This document shows, one piece after another, positions 19,714 to 27,480 of a DNA stretch of 64,000 nucleotides. Location: the NCBI GenBank assembly GCA_045629645.1, contig JAZQRR010000027.1, positions 25,968 to 89,967 on the forward strand, in the 5' to 3' direction. Source of the DNA: Candidatus Enterousia sp. GTDB lineage: Bacteria; Pseudomonadota; Alphaproteobacteria; Rs-D84. A program made the position numbers and the translations under genes. Within the stretch, counting starts at the first letter, position 1; each line of letters starts with the position of its first letter. The notes beneath the pieces are model-generated. The model did no database searches and had not been told where the DNA came from. It was given only the letters and a program-made list of their open reading frames with translations.

Positions 19714-20374
19714 ATATCTTTTTATCTGTTGACTTACACCATTTTGCAACGGGACAATTATTGCATTCTGGGCGTAACGCCTTGCAAACATATCGTCCAT
19801 GTAAAACCATGACATGATTTACAATTGGGTGATATTTTTTTGGAATTTTTTTAATCAGTTTTGCTTCTACTTTTTCAGGCGTATTATCAGCTTCATCGAC
19901 CCAACCATATCGATGCGCATTTCTGAAAACATGAGTATCAACACCAATGTTTGGTGCGCCCCATAAAACATTAGAAACAACATTTGCGGTCTTTTGTCCA
20001 ATGCCTGGCAATTTCATCAATTCGTCCCGATTGTGATATTTTTCTGGGAAAATATCGGTCATATTTTCTGTCACCAGCCGTTCGGCCAATGCGATAATAT
20101 TTTTTGCCTTGTTATTAAAGAACGAAATTACTTTGATATGTTCTTTCAGCCCATCGGTTCCCAATTTCAACATTTTTTGTGGTGTTGGGGCCACGCGAAA
20201 TAATTCGGGCGTTACCTCGTTTACTTTTTTATCTGTTGCCTGGGCAGATAAAATGACCGCCACCGCAAAGTTAAATTCGTTTGTGTGATACAGTTCCGAC
20301 CGAATTGACATATCAATTACGGCCGGAACGTTTTCAAAATACCTTTGCGGTGTCAGCGACATTTTATCTAGCAT
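19712..20374 (-). CDS. nth: Endonuclease III
   Basis: 220 aa with a HhH-GPD motif (LPGIGQKTANVV) and a C-terminal 4Fe-4S cluster (C-x6-C-x2-C-x5-C). Confidence 0.9.
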   Translation of the reverse strand: MLDKMSLTPQRYFENVPAVIDMSIRSELYHTNEFNFAVAVILSAQATDKKVNEVTPELFRVAPTPQKMLKLGTDGLKEHIKVISFFNNKAKNIIALAERLVTENMTDIFPEKYHNRDELMKLPGIGQKTANVVSNVLWGAPNIGVDTHVFRNAHRYGWVDEADNTPEKVEAKLIKKIPKKYHPIVNHVMVLHGRYVCKALRPECNNCPVAKWCKSTDKKI

Positions 20375-20576
20375 TGTCCTTTTTAAGCAGTAGTTTATTT
20401 TGCTTGTCTATAACTGCATGCATAAATTTAATCTGTGCTTCTGTCATCGGATCCGAGACAAGAATTTTGTGTTCACATTGTTCGTCTTCTGGGCACATGC
20501 ACATACCGTGTTGTGATTGCTGCGAGCAGCGTTCAGAGAAATTACTGCAATATGTTTTTGTTTTTAAGCAAATCAT
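20364..20576 (-). CDS. Hypothetical small Cys-rich protein
   Basis: 70 aa with 6 Cys in the first 34 residues. It is wedged between the ileS stop (3-nt gap) and the nth start (11-nt overlap) on the same strand. I recognise no family. Confidence 0.35.
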   Translation of the reverse strand: MICLKTKTYCSNFSERCSQQSQHGMCMCPEDEQCEHKILVSDPMTEAQIKFMHAVIDKQNKLLLKKDNAR

Positions 20577-20579
20577 TTT

Positions 20580-23500
20580 TTACACCTTTTTTACAGATAA
20601 TGACAGATTGTATCCATCTATTTCAGTATTGTATTCACCATCACCAGATACGATTTCAACAATCAATGCATCACGCATAATACGATTTTTATGCTGTTCA
20701 ATTGCGCTTGCCAACGCAGGGTCTGCATTGTATGTCAAAACGATTCGGTCTGATACATCCAAGCCTGCTGTTTTACGTGTGTCTTGGATAAAGCGCAACG
20801 CATCATTTGCCAAGCCTTCGGCAATCAGTTCTGCGTTTAATTCTGTATCCAGTACAACAACGGCTGTATTATCTGGCAGTGCGGCCCCGGTAATACCGTC
20901 TTTAACCGTCAGGCGATTTTCAAATTCATCGCTGTTCAGTTCGTATCCGCCCGCCAATAATTTATCGCCTGTGATTTGATATTCATTGCGTTTTACGGCC
21001 GGGATAATATCTTTTAACGCCCCGCCCAAACGTGCACCAATTTTTGGTGTAATCAGGTACACAAAACTGTCTGCAACATTTGAAATATCAGAATCAAATT
21101 TAACAGATTTAACATTTAATTCGTCTTTGATAATTTCTGCGTATTCTGGCATATTTGCGCCCGCCACAGTCAAAGAATTTAATGGCAATCGATTGCGCAG
21201 TTTGTATTGTTCGCGCAATTGTTTTCCGGTTGACACGATTGATTGTACGCGGCGCATATCTTCGACGATTTTCGCATCAAATTCATCAGCAACCGGCCAA
21301 TCTGTTAGATGCACAGATTCATTACCCGTTAAATTGCGATAGATATATTCAGAAATAAATGGTGCGAACGGTGCCAATGCTTTGCACAGCCCTGTCAGTA
21401 CTGTATAAAGCGTATCAAAAGCATCTTGTTCTTCGTCCCAGAAGCGTGCACGACCACGTCTGATATACCAGTTATTCAAGATATCCAAGAAACGAACAAA
21501 TTCTTTGATTGCCACATCTGGTTTATATTCGTCCAACGCAGATTTTACGGTCGCAACCAGAACATTTAATTCTGCCAAGATATATTTATCCAATGGTTTT
21601 TCTGGATTTTTTATATTCTTTGCGACAACGTTTCCTGCGTTTGCATACAGTGTAAAGAAGTGATATGCATTCCACAGTGGTGTTTGAACAGTTTTTGTTG
21701 ATTCAACAAAAACTTTACCTTCTTTATCAACAGGTACAGGTTCTGCTTTCATAAAGTTTGAACCCAATATAAACAGGCGTACAGCATCAGCGCCATATTG
21801 TTCGATTTGTTCTGTTGGGTCAACAAAGTTTCTTAATGATTTAGAAAATTTCTTTTTGTTTTCATCAACAACCATACCGTTTGCAGAAACAGACATAAAT
21901 GCTGGTTTATCAAACAATGCAGTTGCCAGAACCATCAACGCATAGAACCAACCGCGTGTTTGGTCTTGACCTTCGATAATATAATCTGCTGGGAAAGACG
22001 CATTAAATCTATCTACGTTTTCAAAAGGATAGTGCAAAGATGCCCATGGCATAGAACCACTTTCCACCCAACAGTCCAAAACATCAGGGATACGTTTCCA
22101 ACCATCTTTGGTTAACTTGTCCAATGTTGGGCGGTGTAAATCAGAAATGGTTACACCAAAGAATTCTTCCAGTTCTGCGATTGAACCAAATACTTTGAAT
22201 TCACCATCTTTTTCCCAGATTGGCAATGGCATACCCCAGAAACGGTTACGTGAAATTGACCAAGGACGTGCACCTTCTATCCACGAACGGAAACGTTCGC
22301 CGGCACTGGTCCAGTTAACCTTGGCGTTATTTGCCAACAGTTTGTCTTTGATTTTTGGCACATCGATATACCAAGAATCTGTTGCACGATAAATCAGTTT
22401 TTCTTTACTGCGATCACCAAATGGATAACTGTGTTTATATTGTTCTTTTTTGACCAGTTTTCCATTTTGTTTCAGCCAATCCAGAATGCGTGGTGTTGCG
22501 GCAAATATATTTTCGCCAGCAAAATCAACAACAGTATTGTCAAAGTTGCCATAGTCATCAACGTTTAACAAAACAGGGAATTTTGCATCAATATTTTTTG
22601 CTGCCCAAAAGTCGTCTGCCCCATATGCAGGTGCAATGTGAACAATACCTGTACCATCGCCATCTGATACATAATCAGCAGGTATAACTTGGAACAATAA
22701 ATCAGACTGTCCCGCATAGTATGGGAACAATGGTTTATAGTGTAATCCTGCCAATTCAGAACCTTTTACACGACCAATTTCTGTTGCGTTTGCGAATTGT
22801 TTTTCATATGCCTTTAATCGGCTTGCTGCGATTATATATACGGCCCCATCAGTGTCTTGCATACGCAGATATTCCATATTTGGGTTCACAGCCAACGCAC
22901 TGTTTGCAGGTAATGTCCATGGTGTTGTTGTCCATGCGATAACACGGTCGCCATTTTCCAGTTCAAACCAAACTGTTACGGCATCATCAACAATTTCACG
23001 ATAGTCTTGTGATGCTTCGGAATTTGAAACAACCGTACCATTTACCCAGTCGTATGGGTTTACGCTGTAATCTTTGTACAACAAACCTTTTTCATACAAA
23101 GACTTTAATGTCCACAGCATAGATTCCATATAGTTTTTATTCATGGTTTTATAACCATATTCATCACCAATTTTTACCCAACGCCCCATACGTTCAATAA
23201 ATCTATCCCATTCATTTGTGTATGTCATAACATCTGTTCTGCACATATCACAGAATGCATCGATACCATCATCTTCAACGATATTTTTGGCAGATTTACC
23301 CATCTTTTTTTCAACAGAATTTTCCGCAGGCAATCCATGACAATCCCATCCCAGTTCACGATTAACAAATCGTCCGTTCATTGTCTGGAAACGTGAAATC
23401 ATATCTTTTACAACCGTTACACCTAAATGTCCCCAGTGTGGCAAACCGTTTGCAAAAGGAGGACCATCATAGAAATTAAAAGGCTGACCTTGTTTTGTTT

Positions 23501-23603
23501 TTTCCAAGGTTTTTCCAAAAGTATTATTTTCACGCCAATATTCCAACACCTGCTGTTCCAGTGCGGTAAAATCTGCACGTATATCTGTTTTTGGGTATGC
23601 CAT
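20580..23603 (-). CDS. ileS: Isoleucine--tRNA ligase, type 2 (eukaryote-like)
   Basis: 1007 aa. FYDGPPFANGLPHWGH is the type-2 form of the HIGH region, and a KFSKS motif is present. Confidence 0.95.
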   Translation of the reverse strand: MAYPKTDIRADFTALEQQVLEYWRENNTFGKTLEKTKQGQPFNFYDGPPFANGLPHWGHLGVTVVKDMISRFQTMNGRFVNRELGWDCHGLPAENSVEKKMGKSAKNIVEDDGIDAFCDMCRTDVMTYTNEWDRFIERMGRWVKIGDEYGYKTMNKNYMESMLWTLKSLYEKGLLYKDYSVNPYDWVNGTVVSNSEASQDYREIVDDAVTVWFELENGDRVIAWTTTPWTLPANSALAVNPNMEYLRMQDTDGAVYIIAASRLKAYEKQFANATEIGRVKGSELAGLHYKPLFPYYAGQSDLLFQVIPADYVSDGDGTGIVHIAPAYGADDFWAAKNIDAKFPVLLNVDDYGNFDNTVVDFAGENIFAATPRILDWLKQNGKLVKKEQYKHSYPFGDRSKEKLIYRATDSWYIDVPKIKDKLLANNAKVNWTSAGERFRSWIEGARPWSISRNRFWGMPLPIWEKDGEFKVFGSIAELEEFFGVTISDLHRPTLDKLTKDGWKRIPDVLDCWVESGSMPWASLHYPFENVDRFNASFPADYIIEGQDQTRGWFYALMVLATALFDKPAFMSVSANGMVVDENKKKFSKSLRNFVDPTEQIEQYGADAVRLFILGSNFMKAEPVPVDKEGKVFVESTKTVQTPLWNAYHFFTLYANAGNVVAKNIKNPEKPLDKYILAELNVLVATVKSALDEYKPDVAIKEFVRFLDILNNWYIRRGRARFWDEEQDAFDTLYTVLTGLCKALAPFAPFISEYIYRNLTGNESVHLTDWPVADEFDAKIVEDMRRVQSIVSTGKQLREQYKLRNRLPLNSLTVAGANMPEYAEIIKDELNVKSVKFDSDISNVADSFVYLITPKIGARLGGALKDIIPAVKRNEYQITGDKLLAGGYELNSDEFENRLTVKDGITGAALPDNTAVVVLDTELNAELIAEGLANDALRFIQDTRKTAGLDVSDRIVLTYNADPALASAIEQHKNRIMRDALIVEIVSGDGEYNTEIDGYNLSLSVKKV

Positions 23604-23629
23604 AACAAAATGCTCCGTTTTTTTATATT

Positions 23630-23649
23630 AAAAAAAGGCGCCACGCGCC
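23630..23649 (-). terminator. Intrinsic terminator inside the ileS leader (candidate attenuator)
   Basis: The minus strand reads GGCGC-GTG-GCGCC followed by 7 T, ending 26 nt upstream of the ileS ATG. Confidence 0.6.
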
Positions 23650-23677
23650 CCAGCCACCGCAGAAGCGCAGTTGCCGT

Positions 23678-23710
23678 TTATTTAATAATAATTATTGTTT
23701 GTGTTTTCAT
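23678..23710 (-). CDS. Candidate ileS leader peptide MKTQTIIIIK
   Basis: A 10-codon mini-ORF with four consecutive Ile codons (ATA ATT ATT ATT). It lies between a promoter-like element and the leader terminator. Confidence 0.5.
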   Translation of the reverse strand: MKTQTIIIIK

Positions 23711-23718
23711 CACGATAG

Positions 23719-23747
23719 ATTCTACACCGTATTTTTTGAAAATGCAA
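23719..23747 (-). promoter_or_regulatory. Sigma70-like promoter of the ileS leader
   Basis: The minus strand reads TTGCAT-17 nt-TAGAAT. The -10 ends 8 nt before the mini-ORF ATG. Confidence 0.4.
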
Positions 23748-23800
23748 GTATTGTCTTTACAGCTTAATAAAAGATAATGTTGTGAAATCTTGTAAAAGAT

Positions 23801-23829
23801 AAAAAATCCCCGTCTGGGGATTTTTTTTA
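23801..23829 (-). terminator. Rho-independent terminator after tRNA-Thr
   Basis: TCCCC-loop-GGGGA hairpin flanked by A and T runs. Confidence 0.65.
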
Positions 23830-23833
23830 TTTC

Positions 23834-23909
23834 TGGTGCCGGTGACAGGACTTGAACCTGCGACCCCCTCATTACGAATGAGATGCTCTACCAGCTGAGC
23901 TACACCGGC
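23834..23909 (-). tRNA. tRNA-Thr (anticodon CGU)
   Basis: I folded the cloverleaf by hand. Acceptor GCCGGTG/CACCGGC, D arm GCTC-AGCTGGTA-GAGC, anticodon loop TTCGTAA, T arm GCAGG-TTCAAGT-CCTGT, and an encoded CCA. Confidence 0.9.
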
Positions 23910-23956
23910 ATTTGCCACGACTATAAAACATTATACAAACAAATACCAGCAGTTTT

Positions 23957-24526
23957 TTAGCGCAGTTTGTTAACGTTTTCGTACAACTTGCATTTGATAA
24001 AATCACAATATGGTTTATCTGTATTATTTTCTTGTTTTGGCATATAGCACGGTCTTTCCATCAATTTACAGAATGGTTGATTTTTAACAGTTATGCAAAA
24101 ACCTGGGTGTTTTATTGTTGGTTTGTTTGTGTGTTCTTTTGCCTCAGGTTTTAAAACAACAGCTGTACGCTTGTCTTCATGAATATTTAAATTTGATTTT
24201 AAGATCTGTTCAAAAACAGGAACTTCTTGCTTGTTTTTACGAGCTCTTGAATTGGATTTGTTAAAATTAGATTTATTCCCATTGATATTATGAGTTTCTA
24301 TAGCCTTTACCATTTCTGAAAAAGAATAAGATCTATACTCTTCCTCGTCTATGTGGTCGATTCCAAATTCTTTTTCGATATCGAATGACAGTGCAAGTGT
24401 GTCCAGGGAATCCAAATCGATTTCAAAAAGAAAATTTTGTTTGTTTTTATGTTCTTCCAGTGTTTCAATACTTATCTCGTATTTCTCTAATAAAATTGTT
24501 TTTAATTTTGATTCGACGTTACTCAT
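23957..24526 (-). CDS. Acyl carrier protein-like domain fused to a Cys-rich C-terminal extension
   Basis: 189 aa. Residues 1-79 look like an ACP, with EIDLDSLDTLALSFDIEKEFG matching the DSLD phosphopantetheine-attachment motif and helix II. Residues 80-189 are low-complexity followed by 5 Cys (FCITVKNQPFCKLMERPCYMPKQ....YCDFIKC). Confidence 0.6.
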   Translation of the reverse strand: MSNVESKLKTILLEKYEISIETLEEHKNKQNFLFEIDLDSLDTLALSFDIEKEFGIDHIDEEEYRSYSFSEMVKAIETHNINGNKSNFNKSNSRARKNKQEVPVFEQILKSNLNIHEDKRTAVVLKPEAKEHTNKPTIKHPGFCITVKNQPFCKLMERPCYMPKQENNTDKPYCDFIKCKLYENVNKLR

Positions 24527-24534
24527 TTTTTTAC

Positions 24535-24671
24535 CCTTTTATCTTGCGCATTACGACCATAATACCCGCGGGTGTCATACCCGGGATTAAAGCAAATACC
24601 AGTAATTTTTTAGCGTAGTTTGTTAAAGTTTTCATACAACTTGCATTTGATAAAATCACAATATGGTTTAT
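24535..24671. repeat. Composite duplication joint: copy of the mnmG 3' end followed by a copy of the ACP-like gene 3' end
   Basis: 24535-24581 matches 25113-25158, the last codons and stop of mnmG (41-nt core with 1 mismatch plus a 1-nt indel). 24593-24671 matches 23940-24018, the 3' end and downstream of the ACP-like gene (79 nt, 5 mismatches). Confidence 0.85.
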
Positions 24672-24674
24672 TCT

Positions 24675-25049
24675 CTATTTTATGTTTTGTTGTACATAAG
24701 ACAACATAGATGAATTATATTTTGTTCTTTCTTTCATTGCTGTACGTGCAACAGCTTTATTTAATTCTTCTTTTATTATATTAACCATATAATCTTGTTT
24801 TAATACCAAGGGGTTTAAAGTATTTGAGGTTGTTTCTATTATGATTTCATTTTTGTCTGTTAAACGTACAACATAATCGTGTGTTTCAAAAGTACTATCG
24901 TTTATTTTTTTCGCGCCAAACACACGTAATAAAGAACAAAACAAAGATAATATTTCTTTTTGTTTAGATTCTTGTATTAATTTTTTTTGTTTCTTTTTAT
25001 TTTTCTTATATTGATTGTGCATATATTTGTCCTTTTTTTTATATTGCAA
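24675..25049 (-). CDS. Hypothetical protein with a highly basic N-terminus
   Basis: 124 aa with a Lys-rich N-terminus (KKKDKYMHNQYKKNKKKQKK). I recognise no family. It lies between the two copies of the mnmG-end repeat. Confidence 0.4.
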   Translation of the reverse strand: MQYKKKDKYMHNQYKKNKKKQKKLIQESKQKEILSLFCSLLRVFGAKKINDSTFETHDYVVRLTDKNEIIIETTSNTLNPLVLKQDYMVNIIKEELNKAVARTAMKERTKYNSSMLSYVQQNIK

Positions 25050-25107
25050 ATATAATTACACAAAAACAACAAACGTCAAGTTTTTTGTTAGGTTTCTTAT
25101 ACTTTTT

Positions 25108-26751
25108 TTATGCCTTTATCTTGCGCATTACGACCATAATACCTGCGGGTGTCATACCAGATATTCGTGACAGGTCTGCGATATTTTCTGGGCGTGTTGC
25201 AGTCAGTTTTTCAATCAATTCATTTGTTAACCCAGGCAACCCAGTATATTGAAAATCGTGTGGTATTTTTAAATCTGCATCACGTTTGTATGCGGCGATT
25301 TCACGTTCATTTCGTGCAATATATCCAGCATAAAATTTATCGTTTTGTTCGATAATATCTTTTTTGATATTGTATATTTTTTCAAACCATTGTTGTGTGC
25401 ACAGAGCTAAATCAACCCCGATTTTTCCCAGTCGCGCAATCGCATTATCTGCGCGCAGACTTAATCTGTATTCTGCGCGTGATGTAAACATACGATAAGG
25501 TTCATCAACCCCCAATGTTGTGATATCGTCAATCAAGACACCAATCATGGCATTTGTTCGGTCCAGATTCAGTGTTTCTGTTCCCAATGCGTATGCTGCC
25601 GCATTTGCCCCCGCGACCAGACCTTGGGCGGCGGCTTCTTCGTATCCCGAAGTGCCGTTTATTTGTCCTGCAAAGAACATATAAGGTAAATCTTTGCTTT
25701 GCAGTTTATCGTTCAGTGCGCGCGCATCAATTGCGTCGTATTCTATTGCATATCCATATCGAACAATTTCTGCGTTTTCCAGTCCAGGTATTGAACGAAT
25801 CCATTTGTCTTGCACGTCTGCGCCAAAGCTGGTTGATATCCCATTTGGATAAATTAAATCACTGTTCCAACCTTCGGGTTCCAAGAACACATGATGAGAA
25901 GAATGTTCAGGGAAACGCATAACTTTGTCTTCCAGACTTGGGCAATATCGTGGTCCTGTGCCACGAATATCGCCGTTATACATCGGTGCATTTTTTATAT
26001 TTTCACGAATAATATCGTGTGTTTCCTGTGTTGTATGTGTTATATAACAAACGCTGTCATATTTGTTATTTTTATCACCATCTGCGAACCAATCATGTGG
26101 CGTATCACCGGGTTGAATTTCACACACAGAAAAGTCAATAGATTCACGTTTGATACGTGCAGGCGTTCCTGTCTTTAATCGCAGTATTTTAAATCCTGCC
26201 TTTTGCAAAACGCCCGATATATTTTTGTCGTTTTCTTGGTATGTTCCATCGTCTTGCAGGCGTCCGGATGGGATTTTTTCATTACCACGTGTAACAACGC
26301 CTTCCAAAAAGGTTCCTGTTGTCAGAACAATTGCGTCTGCACAATATTTGTCATTGATGATTTTGTTTTCTATATCAAAAGTTTTAACTGCTTCAAACAC
26401 GACATCTAGATTATTGTATTCGCCCAGAATATCAACAACGGCATTATGGTATAAATTTCTGTCTATTTGCGCGCGCAATGCCTGTGTTGCGGCACCGTGT
26501 GTTGCGTTCAGTGTGCGCCAGTGTATCCCAGAACGGTCTGCTGCGCGTCCCATAACCCCACCCAGTGCAGTTATTTCTGCAACCATTTGTGATTTCCCGG
26601 GGCCACCAATACTTGGGTTGCAAGACAATGCGCCCAAATCAGATTCTGCCTGTGTTAACAACAAAGTTGTTGCGCCACGACGTGCCGCTGCTGCTGCCGC
26701 TTCTACACCGGCATGTCCACCACCAATAACAATGACATTATACTTTTGCAT
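25108..26751 (-). CDS. mnmG: tRNA uridine 5-carboxymethylaminomethyl modification enzyme MnmG (short form)
   Basis: 547 aa with the FAD-binding N-terminus VIVIGGGHAGVEAA and a GidA-type core. Confidence 0.9.
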   Translation of the reverse strand: MQKYNVIVIGGGHAGVEAAAAAARRGATTLLLTQAESDLGALSCNPSIGGPGKSQMVAEITALGGVMGRAADRSGIHWRTLNATHGAATQALRAQIDRNLYHNAVVDILGEYNNLDVVFEAVKTFDIENKIINDKYCADAIVLTTGTFLEGVVTRGNEKIPSGRLQDDGTYQENDKNISGVLQKAGFKILRLKTGTPARIKRESIDFSVCEIQPGDTPHDWFADGDKNNKYDSVCYITHTTQETHDIIRENIKNAPMYNGDIRGTGPRYCPSLEDKVMRFPEHSSHHVFLEPEGWNSDLIYPNGISTSFGADVQDKWIRSIPGLENAEIVRYGYAIEYDAIDARALNDKLQSKDLPYMFFAGQINGTSGYEEAAAQGLVAGANAAAYALGTETLNLDRTNAMIGVLIDDITTLGVDEPYRMFTSRAEYRLSLRADNAIARLGKIGVDLALCTQQWFEKIYNIKKDIIEQNDKFYAGYIARNEREIAAYKRDADLKIPHDFQYTGLPGLTNELIEKLTATRPENIADLSRISGMTPAGIMVVMRKIKA

Positions 26752-27479
26752 TAAAATCTTCCCATACCACCATTAACGTGTAAAACTTGACCATTGATAT
26801 AAGATGCTTCGTTTGAAGCCAAGAAAACACATGCGTTTGCAATATCTTCTGGTTCGCCGAAACGTCCGGCTGGTATTTGTGCCAGATAGTTTTTCTTTAA
26901 TTCTTCTGGTAAAACATCTGTCATTGGTGTTTTTATAAATCCTGGTGCGATTGCGTTTGCAGTTATTCCGCGTGATGCAACTTCTGCTGCGATTGACTTT
27001 GTCATTGCAATCATACCGCCTTTACTTGCGGCATAGTTTGCCTGACCTGGGCCACCGATTGCACCAATAATAGATGCCATATTAATAATACGTCCGAAAC
27101 GATTCTTCATCATAGGCATTATAACAGCACGGCACATTTTAAAGCATGAACGCAGATTAGTATTCATAACATCATCAAATTGTTCATCTGTCATGCGCAT
27201 TAATAATGTATCTTTTGTGATACCAGCGTTGTTGATAAGAATATCAATTTTGCCGGCTTTATCAATAGTTTCCATAACCAGTTCAACAGCACCACCTTCG
27301 GCGGATAAATCACAAGGTATTTTAATATATTCATCGCCAAATTCTGCGTCCATTTTTGCAGTATTTCTGCCGGACACAACAACTGTTGCCCCTGCTTCCT
27401 TCATTTTTTTTGCAATTTGAATACCGATACCGCCTGTTGCGCCTGTGATAAGTGCGACTTTACCTGTTAAATCAAACAT
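26751..27479 (-). CDS. fabG: 3-oxoacyl-ACP reductase
   Basis: 242 aa SDR with TGATGGIG and the YAASKGG catalytic motif. Confidence 0.9.
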   Translation of the reverse strand: MFDLTGKVALITGATGGIGIQIAKKMKEAGATVVVSGRNTAKMDAEFGDEYIKIPCDLSAEGGAVELVMETIDKAGKIDILINNAGITKDTLLMRMTDEQFDDVMNTNLRSCFKMCRAVIMPMMKNRFGRIINMASIIGAIGGPGQANYAASKGGMIAMTKSIAAEVASRGITANAIAPGFIKTPMTDVLPEELKKNYLAQIPAGRFGEPEDIANACVFLASNEASYINGQVLHVNGGMGRF

Positions 27480-27480
27480 A

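Noticed and set aside
20281-20979. 232-aa plus-strand ORF overlapping nth, the small ORF and ileS.
   Set aside because: It is a shadow ORF antisense to well-supported genes, with low-complexity Ser/Cys/Phe-rich translation. The same reasoning applies to 26150-26776, 29561-30142, 30506-30976, 36076-36591, 38748-39389, 35153-35449, 43772-44164, 49130-49618 and the other antisense ORFs in the track.
23604-23833. T-box riboswitch as an explanation for the terminator upstream of ileS.
   Set aside because: The leader downstream of the promoter-like element is only about 100 nt. I found no T-box consensus (AANNNGGGUGGNACCNCG) and no specifier-loop architecture. The Ile-run mini-ORF is a better explanation.
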